Shown: piece by piece, positions 29,540-38,263 of the stretch
Layout: each line of letters starts with the position of its first letter
Numbering within the stretch: position 1 is the first letter of the stretch
Assembly: GCA_046290225.1 (NCBI GenBank)
Contig: JBKAGE010000073.1
Span: 20,992-84,991 of the forward strand
Direction: 5' to 3'
From: Bradymonadia bacterium
Lineage (GTDB): Bacteria > Myxococcota_A > Bradymonadia > UBA7976 > UBA1532
DNA length: 64,000 nt
Position numbers and translations under genes: made by a program
The notes under the pieces: generated by a model
What the model saw: only the letters and a program-made list of their open reading frames with translations
Databases searched by the model: none
Told to the model about the DNA's origin: nothing

Positions 29540-31687
29540 TCAGGGCAGGGCTTCGATGCATCGATCGAGGGCTGCCTCCCAGTTGGGCATGATGTCTCTG
29601 CCCACGCCGTTGGTCTCCTCGTAGTGATCCCCCGGCGGCTCGCTCAGGTAGCCCACCTCTTCGTAGTTGTAGCTGGGCACCATGTAACCGAGGAAGTCCA
29701 TGCCCAGGCCGATGAAGAAGGGGAATTCGCCGGGGAGGCGCTCGTAGACATAAGGGCCCTCTGGTGTGTTGTCCCAATCGGGCGGGTTGGTCTGGTCGGC
29801 CTTGACGATGCAGGGCTGATCGCCAGGGCTCTCAGGATCGGTGGGCAGGCCCTGATCGTCACAGGTTGGCGCCACACGGCGACCTTCGACGTCGCCGATG
29901 ACCGGGGTCTGCACCCGCGACCTGCCGGGGTAGCCGCCTACGAGGGTTTCAGGGAAGACCTCGCCGGGGGCGGTGAAGAAGGTCACTGGCCCCAGGCCCA
30001 CGACTGCGGTCTGGGTGAGCAGCTGGGGCAGGGCCGGCGCATACTGAGCGCCCACCCGGGTGACGTTGTAGATGTCGTGGACCAGCACGCCGAGAGTGAA
30101 GGCCGCGAGCTGGAAGACGCGGTTCTCGACCGAGGCGAAGAAGGTCTGGGTGGCGAAGCGCAGATCGGGGGCGTCGAGGGTGGTGAAGGCTCCATCTCCA
30201 GCGCCAAGCACTCGGGAGGCGAGGGTCTGACCGATGGCATCGGCGGCGGCGAAGGTGTGGCGGAGGCCGCCGTCGGTGTAGTCGTTGCCTGCATAGTCCC
30301 TGGCGCCGCCAGGGCCCGGGTAGATGAGGCCACCCACGGCACCGACGTACATGAGGGTGACACCACCGAAGCCTTCGAGGGCAGGCTTCATCTCACCATC
30401 CACCCCCATGGTGGCGGGCAGGCCCTCTCGGATGTACTTGCGCACAAAGTGGGGGTAGTCCGAGGTGAGGAAGGGGTTGTCGTCCCAGAGCACCTCGGGG
30501 TGGTTGGCGAAGGACATCAGGGTGCCGATGGGGCTGCCGTCGATGCCTTCGAGGCGCACCACGGGCACATTGTCGTCGAAGATGTAGGGGGTCCGGCTGT
30601 CGTTGATGGCCAGCCCCTCAGTGCCCACGTCGAGGACCGCCACCTTTGCCGTGGCAGGCTTCAGGTTGGCCACGGCTTCGGTGATGCCGGCGATGGTCTG
30701 ATCGTGGATCAGCTGCTCGAACTGCGCGTCCACCCCTCGGGCGAGGGGCAGCGGATCGCCAGGGCCCCATTGACCGGCGGTGTCGGGGGCTTCGTGGTTG
30801 TGGGTGGCGCCCATGACCAGCAGGTCCACCTCCAGCTCTGGGGGCAGATCCTCGAAGATCTTGCGGCTCTGGGGCCTCAGGAAGCCGATGGTGTCCACCA
30901 CGGCGAAGGCCACGGTGACATCGCGCTGTCGCATGACCGCGATCTGCACCTTGAGATCGTCGTGGGCGTACTTGCTGACACAACAATCCACCGCGTCACA
31001 GCCGATCTTCTCTTCAGGGCAATATTGCGCAGGCCGGCCGGAGCTGAAGCCCGCGATCCACATGCCCTGCATCACCCCGTCGCCTTCACCCTCGTCCGGG
31101 CCCGGATATCCAGCGTCGTCGGGGCAGAGGCCGTCGTAACCGCAGTCGTTCCACCGGCCTTCGATGTCGGGGGGATTGAAGTTGAGGGTGTTGTCATCTT
31201 CCAGGCCCTCTGGTCGGGCGGTCTCGAAACCGGAAGGGGTCACGACCTTGCTCACCGCTGCTGCGAGCAAAGTCGGATCACCCTCACCCATACACCCTGG
31301 CGCTCCGGGGCAGACAGTGGGGTTGGCAGGGGGCTCCCAGTAACAGATCTGATGCCCCTCTACATCCTGGCAGGTCTCTTCGGGGCGACAGTCGGCGTCG
31401 GTGACACAGCGACGATCGAAAACAGACTCACAGGCACAGTCCACCACACGCTGCAGGAGTGGATCACACATCACGGCTTCGCCACAGCCGGGTGTGGCGT
31501 CAGGTGGTCCAGCGTCTGCCACGACCTCTGCGTCGTTCATGGTGGAGGCATCGGCGCCTGCGCCCTGGTCAGGGCTCAGCTCTGCATCGGAGGTGGGGGT
31601 CGGGGTGTCGTTGCTGCTCTCGTCATCACAGGCGGTGAGCAGCGTCAAGGCGGTGCCGAGGCACAGGAGGGCGAGGGCGTGGCGCAC
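29540..31687 (-). CDS. Neutral/alkaline ceramidase-like lipoprotein
   Basis: Lipobox LTAC, Cys-rich N-terminus, ATHNHEAPD, ANHPE, PGEVFPE, HYEET. Confidence 0.7.
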   Translation of the reverse strand: MRHALALLCLGTALTLLTACDDESSNDTPTPTSDAELSPDQGAGADASTMNDAEVVADAGPPDATPGCGEAVMCDPLLQRVVDCACESVFDRRCVTDADCRPEETCQDVEGHQICYWEPPANPTVCPGAPGCMGEGDPTLLAAAVSKVVTPSGFETARPEGLEDDNTLNFNPPDIEGRWNDCGYDGLCPDDAGYPGPDEGEGDGVMQGMWIAGFSSGRPAQYCPEEKIGCDAVDCCVSKYAHDDLKVQIAVMRQRDVTVAFAVVDTIGFLRPQSRKIFEDLPPELEVDLLVMGATHNHEAPDTAGQWGPGDPLPLARGVDAQFEQLIHDQTIAGITEAVANLKPATAKVAVLDVGTEGLAINDSRTPYIFDDNVPVVRLEGIDGSPIGTLMSFANHPEVLWDDNPFLTSDYPHFVRKYIREGLPATMGVDGEMKPALEGFGGVTLMYVGAVGGLIYPGPGGARDYAGNDYTDGGLRHTFAAADAIGQTLASRVLGAGDGAFTTLDAPDLRFATQTFFASVENRVFQLAAFTLGVLVHDIYNVTRVGAQYAPALPQLLTQTAVVGLGPVTFFTAPGEVFPETLVGGYPGRSRVQTPVIGDVEGRRVAPTCDDQGLPTDPESPGDQPCIVKADQTNPPDWDNTPEGPYVYERLPGEFPFFIGLGMDFLGYMVPSYNYEEVGYLSEPPGDHYEETNGVGRDIMPNWEAALDRCIEALP

Positions 31688-31773
31688 AGTGACTCCAGGG
31701 GCGGTGTCAGAAGAAGATCTGCTGGTCGAGACAGACCTTCTGCCTACACCGGGTGCCCAGAGCAGAGCAAGTG

Positions 31774-31995
31774 TCAGCTCAGTCGGGCGCGCAGGGCTTT
31801 GACTGCGGCGTCGAACTCGGCTTCAGAGACGACGTCGACCTCTTCGTCAGGGGCCACGACGCGGGTCATGTAGTTCATCTCGCGTTTGAACTCGCCGGTC
31901 TGCCAGTCGTAGGCCAGCACGTCCATGCCACCCTCGGGGGTGCGGATGGCCTTCACCGGCCGGGCGCCGACGATGCAAAAACGGGGGAGCTGCAT
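31774..31995 (-). CDS. Small protein (73 aa), candidate immunity protein of the upstream RelA/SpoT toxin
   Basis: Starts 36 bp after the toxin stop on the same strand. GAGGAG SD and coding-like codon usage. Confidence 0.7.
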   Translation of the reverse strand: MQLPRFCIVGARPVKAIRTPEGGMDVLAYDWQTGEFKREMNYMTRVVAPDEEVDVVSEAEFDAAVKALRARLS

Positions 31996-32031
31996 GGGGA
32001 GTATCTCCTCGAATGAAGTGCGCCAGAGACG

Positions 32032-35000
32032 CTAGGAATCAGATGCGAAGGTGCCGCTCGAAGGCGACAGCCCGTCCGTGGGCCCCGGATCGGTGGAGAG
32101 GCCCGAGCCACCGTCGCCGAGGGCGCTGTCATAGGCGGCACGAGATTGGGCGTTGAGCTGCTCGATGCGGGCGAGCTCGTCAGGGGTGAGCGCGCGGCGC
32201 TCGGCCACCGCTCGGGCCTGGATGGTTCTGATCTCTTCGTAGATCTTGTGACCAACTCCACCCTTGACCTCGATGATCTGCCGCATGTGCAGCTGAATCT
32301 CAACGACGTGACCATTGCTCATGCGCACGTTGAGCAAAATATCGCGGTAGCCCTGGTCCGTCGGGTTGGAGAACCGATCCTTGAGTTTGGTGATCTCAAA
32401 CTGGCCCTGAATCTGCTCCAGCCCTCGATACACATCCTGGATGTTCTCGTAGATGATGCTGGTGCGTGCGAGGTCGGTGAGTCGACTGACATCACCACCA
32501 TAATCCGCCGCGAGCTTCTCCTCTGCACGAGGACGACCCTTCAGGTTCGGCGGGATCTTGGCCTCACCGCCAGTGGCGCCGGCGATGTCGTTGGTGACGG
32601 TGGCCAGCTCTTCTTGGGCCACCGCTGCCTGTTGTAGCGCTGGTCATCAGCTGCCCTCTGCGGGCCGCCGCTGTGCCTCAACGTCAGACCGTCGCTGGAC
32701 TGGGCGCTGGGTACGCCAGAGAGCTTCGTCGTACACCGAGCGAGATTGTGCGTTGAGCTGCTCGATGCGGCCGAGCTCCCCAGGCGAGGCACGGTTCTCG
32801 GCCTGGCGGTGGCCTCGATGGTACGGATCTCTTCGCGAGCTGTGACCTGCACCGCTCTGACCTGGGATGATCTGCTTCATGTGCAGCTGGATCTCGACAA
32901 CGCCATTTCATACGCACATTGAGAAATATCGCGGTAGCCTGATCTGCGGGTTGGCGAAGCGATCCTTGAGCTTGGTGACCTCAAAGCGGCCTGGATTGTT
33001 CAAGCCGCGGTACACGTCATGGTTCGTAGATGATGCTGGTGCGTGCGAGGTCAGTGAGGCGGCTGACGTCACCACCATAATCCGCTGCGAGCTTCTCTTC
33101 GGCGCGGGGCCGACCCTTCAGGTTCGGTGGGATCTTCGCCTCGCCACCCGTTGCACCTGCAATGTCGTTCGTGACAGTGGCCAGCTCTTCTTGAGCCACC
33201 GCAGCCTGTTCGTACAGCTCGTCTAGATCTGTTGCCCTCTGCGGACCCCCAGGTTGAGCCTCTGCGTCTGCACCTTCAGCGGACTTCGTGCCGCTGGTGC
33301 CACCAGACATCGCATCGTCGTACACCGCGCGAGACTGGGCGTTGAGATCTTCGATGCGGGCGAGCTCTTCAGGGGTGAGCGGGCGGTTCTCGGCCTTGGC
33401 CTTGGCCTCGATGGTCCGAATATCCTCGTAGAGCTTGTGACCTGCGCCACTCTTCACTTCGATGATCTGCTTCATGTGAAGCTGAATCTCGACGACGTGG
33501 CCATTGCTCATACGCACATTGAGCAGAATGTCGCGGTAACCCTGATCTGTGGGGTTGGCGAAGCGATCCTTGAGCTTTGTGACCTCGAACCGACCTTGGA
33601 TTTGCTCCAAGCCGCGATACACGTCATCGAGAGATTCGTAGATGATGCTGGTGCGTGCGAGGTCGGTGAGTCGACTGACGTCACCACCATAATCCGCCGC
33701 GAGCTTCTCCTCAGCCCGAGGCCGACCCTTCAGGTTCGGCGGGATCTTGGCCTCACCGCCAGTGGCGCCGGCGATGTCGTTGGTGACGGTGGCCAGCTCT
33801 TCTTGGGCCACCGCTGCCTGTTGGTATAGCTCGTCCAGATCAGCTGCCCTCTGCGGGCCGCCAGGCTGTGCCTCAACGTCAGCACCGTCGCTGGACTTGG
33901 GGGCGCTGGTACCGCCAGAGAGCGCTTCGTCGTACACCGAGCGAGATTGTGCGTTGAGCTGCTCGATGCGGCCGAGCTCCTCAGGCGTGAGGGCACGGTT
34001 CTCGGCCTTGGCGGTGGCCTCGATGGTACGGATCTCTTCGTAGAGCTTGTGACCTGCACCGCTCTTGACCTCGATGATCTGCTTCATGTGAAGCTGAATC
34101 TCGACGACGTGACCGTTGCTCATACGCACGTTGAGCAAAATATCGCGGTAACCCTGATCTGTGGGGTTGGCGAAGCGATCTTTGAGCTTCGTGACCTCGA
34201 ACCGGCCTTGGATCTGCTCCAGGCCGCGGTACACGTCATCAAGGCTCTCGTAGATGATGCTGGTGCGTGCGAGGTCAGTGAGGCGGCTGACGTCACCACC
34301 ATAATCCGCTGCGAGCTTCTCTTCGGCGCGGGGCCGACCCTTCAGGTTCGGTGGGATCTTCGCCTCACCACCTGTAGAGCCAGCGATGTCATTGGTGACG
34401 GTGGCCAGCTCTTCTTGGGCCACCCGCGCTTGTTCGTACAGCTCGTCCAGATCTGCTGCCCTTTGCGGGCCGCCAGGCTGAGCCTCGACATCTGCACCCT
34501 CGGTGGATTTGGGGCCGCTGGTGCCGCCAGACATTGCTTCGTCGTACACCGAGCGAGACTGTGCGTTGAGCTGCTCGATGCGGCCGAGCTCCTCAGGCGT
34601 GAGGGCGCGGTTCTCAGCTTTGGCCCGAGCCTCGATAGTGCGGATCTCCTCATAGAGGGAGTGCCCAGCGCCGCTCTTGACCTCGATGATCTGCTTCATG
34701 TGAAGCTGGATTTCGACGACGTGGCCGTTGCTCATACGCACGTTGAGCAAAATATCGCGGTAACCCTGATCTGTGGGGTTGGCGAAGCGATCTTTGAGCT
34801 TTGTGACCTCGAACCGACCTTGGATCTGCTCCAAGCCGCGGTACACGTCATCAAGGCTCTCGTAGATGATGCTGGTGCGTGCGAGGTCGGTCAGTCGGCT
34901 GACGTCACCACCATAGTCCGCTGCGAGCTTCTCCTCTGCTCGAGGCCTGCCCTTCAGGTTTGGCGGGATCTTGGCCTCACCGCCAGTGGCGCCGGCGATG

Positions 35001-37285
35001 TCGTTGGTGACAGTGGCCAACTCCTCTTGAGCCACCCGCGCCTGTTCGTATAGCTCGTCCAGGTCGGCCGCCCTCTGCGGACCAGTGGGGCCAGTCTCCT
35101 TCGGGGCCCCGTCAGGGGTTGTTTTGTTCGCAGACCGAACGCTGCCTGTCTCAATGTCACCTGCTGCGGCGAGAGCATCGGCATTTTGAGCGCCTGGTGC
35201 TGCAATGTCACCACCAGCAGTGGAGAGTCCGTCATCGACTCCACTGGTTGCAGGCGTCACATCGCCCCCGGCGGTGTTGGCAGGCAGGTCATCGAGGTTG
35301 AGCGTGGTGCCGGGGCTGTTGAGCGCACCTGTGCTGTTGCGGGCGGCGCCGACGCGAGCGAGATCGTCACCGGAGCCCTTGAGGCTGATGGAGATCAGGG
35401 CCCCAGTGAGCGCTGCGGACTGCAGCAGACGCAGCAGCTCGTCGGTGCGCTGTTGCGGATCAGGGTTCTTCATGATCCGCTCGTAATCGGCCAGGTACTT
35501 GTCGGCCAGGATGATGCCCTGACCGGCGTCGGCGCTGAACTGACCGATGAGTACGCCCCTGGCGATGTTGGTGCCGTTGCGGCCATTCATGATGACCGTG
35601 GCGCCCTTGACCCAGACACCGGCGAAGACGCTGCTCACGATGGTGAGGGCGTCGAGGGCGTCGTCCTGAGGTGAGCTGAAGCCCTCGGCGTGTCGCTGGC
35701 TGATGCGGATCGCTGCGCCGGCGGAAGCCGCCACCGCGGAGGCGAGCACGAGGCCGGCGACGACGCGGCTGCCGGGGATGGGCAGCACCGCCAGCGCCAG
35801 TGCCCCGAGGCCTGTTGCGAGGCCTACAGTGTCGAAGAACTCGGAGATCGAGTCCCAGAAGCTCTGGCCATCGGTCTGGAACTCCTGGGCGATGGGGGTG
35901 CCCGCAGCCTCCGCTGGGATCTCCAACTGGATCATCCCCGGGGGGTAGCGGTTGCCGCTGCGCCAGCTGCTGATGGCGTCGTCGATGGCCGATGCGGCGT
36001 CACTGCCGGTGCCGGTGTATTCACCTGTGCAGCGGCGATCGGCTGGGGCGGTGACGTCGACGAGCTTCCAGGTCTGGCGGCTGCCCGACTGCACACAGGC
36101 GACGAAGGCCTGCAAGGTGGTGACGCGCGCCTGCTCGCGATCGACGTGCACCGCCTTGAAGGGGATGCGCTCTCGGCCATTGGTGCTGGCCATGCGCTCT
36201 TCGAACTTCTCGATCTGGTTGTCGTAGGCTTGCTGCTGCTCTGGGGTCAGGGCGCGGCTGCCCTCTTGCTCCGAGGCCGACTTGATCGCGTCTACATAGC
36301 GACGCTGCCCCTCGAGGCGAGCGGTGGGATCAGTGGTGGCGGCGTTCTCGAGGGCACCCGAGGCCATCTCGCCCTCAGCGATCACGGTGAGGGGGTACTC
36401 GAAGTACTCCGGCTCCCGCCGCTGGCGCTCGCTTGACGAATAGAACACCGAGCGGCACACGATCTTGTGGTTGCCGGGGATCTCTGGGGTGTACTCGACC
36501 TTGTAGTCGTCTCCCAGGATCTCCATGGCGTCGGTGTCGTGCTTTGAAGACATCGACGCGTCGCGCACGACCGACCACTCATACGAGTAGTAGGAGCCCT
36601 GGGCGTACATCTCGGCGTTGCGCTCGATGCGGTACGACAACGCCGTGCCCGGCACCGCCACCTTGACGTCGGGCTCGGCCCGGATGTGGGCGTGACGATC
36701 GGCGATGGTCTCCGAAGTGTCCTGCTGGTAAGAGCCCCCTGCACCTGAGGAGACGCCCGCCCGGGTCAGGAGGGCCTGAGCGGTGCGCAGCTCGGAGCCG
36801 CTCATGTCGCCGATGATGTCGTCGACGAGGCGGGTGCCATACTTGCGCTCGTACCCGTCGGCGATGGCCTGCACGATCTCCGGGGGCTGGTTCAGGATGC
36901 GGTAGATGCCCTGCTCGTCGGTCCCCCAACCTTCGATGGCCCCCCGGATCTTCTCGATGTCCTGAGTGACCTGGGCCTCCATGTTCGCCGTACCAGCGTC
37001 TTCCTGGAACTGGATGGACCGCATCTCGTTCGACTGGCTATTGGTGCTGTCCGGAGGCGGCGGCGCTGAGAAGCCACCCTGGAAGCCGCCCATGAGCTCC
37101 GCCGACTGGCCGGACTGGCTCTGCATTTGGAGGGCTGGCGCAGGGGCAGGCGCGGGTGCAGGCGCCTGTGCGGGGGCCGGTGCGGGGGCTGGGGCTGCAG
37201 GGGTCTTGTCGGACACGACGGCTCCTGAGGTACCAGTGGGGGCGACAGGTGGGGGCGACAGCGTGTAGGTATACTGAAACTTCAC
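32032..37285 (-). CDS. Giant polymorphic-toxin-like protein: annexin-like repeat, hydrophobic segment, five tandem RelA/SpoT synthetase domains (frameshifted in repeat 4 as assembled)
   Basis: ORFs 33017-37297 and 32032-32622 are joined by a degenerate copy of the repeat. Each intact repeat has LKGRPRAEEK / DLART / GYRD / EIQLH. Annexin motif GWGTDEQGI. The likely start is GTG 37285 after GGAGGT. Confidence 0.85.
32035..35090 (-). repeat. Tandem array of five 612-bp (204-aa) units
   Basis: The equivalent position recurs at 35068, 34456, 33844 and 33232 (612-bp spacing) and at 32651 (581 bp, shortened by deletions). Confidence 0.95.
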
Positions 37286-37335
37286 CTCAGCTGTCACCTC
37301 CAGGGGGCAATGTTTTGAACCGAAACGCTACATCG

Positions 37336-38208
37336 ATGTCACACCGCTTTTCGGCCATGAGCCCACGAGGCCTCACCCTGGCCCTCGTCGCAGCCTTTGC
37401 GATGTCGTGTGGTGGTGGCCCGGCGCCGAAGAAGACCACCGAGCGAAAGAGCGGCGGTGGCCTGGCGGATGCCCTGGCAGAGAAGGCCGCCGAGGCCGCT
37501 GGCCCCAAGGCGGTGATCACCCTGGCGCTCTTCAGCACAGAGGCTGCCCCTGACGACGCCGACAAGGCGGCGAGGGCCATGACGCTGAAGGCTGCTCAGT
37601 GGCTCAAGGCGCCATCAGGTCGATGGCAGGGGGTGGCGCCTGAAGGCATCCCACCCGAGATCATGGTGATCCCCATGGACAAGAGCGCGCTGCCTTTCAA
37701 TGTGGAGGCGCTCATGGCCGAAGCAGGCCCCCACGCGAAATCTCTCGCAGAGGCGCGCTCAGTCATTTTCGTTCGTTACACTGGCAAAGCCCTCGATGGT
37801 GATGCCCAGGTGAAGGGCGTTTCTGCCGTGGCCGGCATGCTCGCCGACGCCCACACTGCGCCCGTGACCGACTTGAGCACCTTGAAGACCTTCGGCGCTG
37901 ATGCGTGGCACACCGTGTTGACCAGTGGAGACTGGCGGAAGGTGCAGGTGCACGTCTCTGCAGAGCTCGGCCCCGATGGCCTCGGGATGTTCCGCACTCG
38001 GGGTATGGCAAAATTCGCTCTGCCCGATTTGGAGCGAGGTGGGATCCCCGAAGAAAAGGCCCGGGTGGCCTTCACGCAATTCCAGGCCATCTACCAGGCC
38101 CTCGTGGCCCATGGACCCGCGGCACCGGGCGATACCGTCGGTGGGGTGAAATTGAAAGCATGCGCAGGGCCTGCGGAACTCTACGACCAGGGCTGCGTCT
38201 CTTACTGA
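37336..38208 (+). CDS. Lipoprotein of unknown function (TRGxxKFxLPDLE motif, DUF4261/DUF2314-like)
   Basis: Lipobox AMSC, RTRGMAKFALPDLE, C-terminal Cys pair. Confidence 0.65.
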   Translation: MSHRFSAMSPRGLTLALVAAFAMSCGGGPAPKKTTERKSGGGLADALAEKAAEAAGPKAVITLALFSTEAAPDDADKAARAMTLKAAQWLKAPSGRWQGVAPEGIPPEIMVIPMDKSALPFNVEALMAEAGPHAKSLAEARSVIFVRYTGKALDGDAQVKGVSAVAGMLADAHTAPVTDLSTLKTFGADAWHTVLTSGDWRKVQVHVSAELGPDGLGMFRTRGMAKFALPDLERGGIPEEKARVAFTQFQAIYQALVAHGPAAPGDTVGGVKLKACAGPAELYDQGCVSY

Positions 38209-38263
38209 CGGAGAGGCCCTTTGTCGTGTGAGGGCCTCGAAGACTCAGCTCGAGGAACACCAC

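Noticed and set aside
29624..31873. Long antisense ORFs (e.g. 749 aa here; also 14672-15958, 21540-22958, 47869-49257, 53887-55497, 60159-61508)
   Set aside because: These are shadow ORFs opposite well-supported genes, expected in high-GC DNA, and they show no motifs.
32035..35090. CRISPR array or assembly-duplicated segment
   Set aside because: The units are 612-bp in-frame coding repeats with synonymous differences and no repeat-spacer structure.
32032..37297. Housekeeping RelA/SpoT (long RSH)
   Set aside because: It has no HD hydrolase, TGS or ACT domains, and the architecture and downstream small gene are toxin-like.
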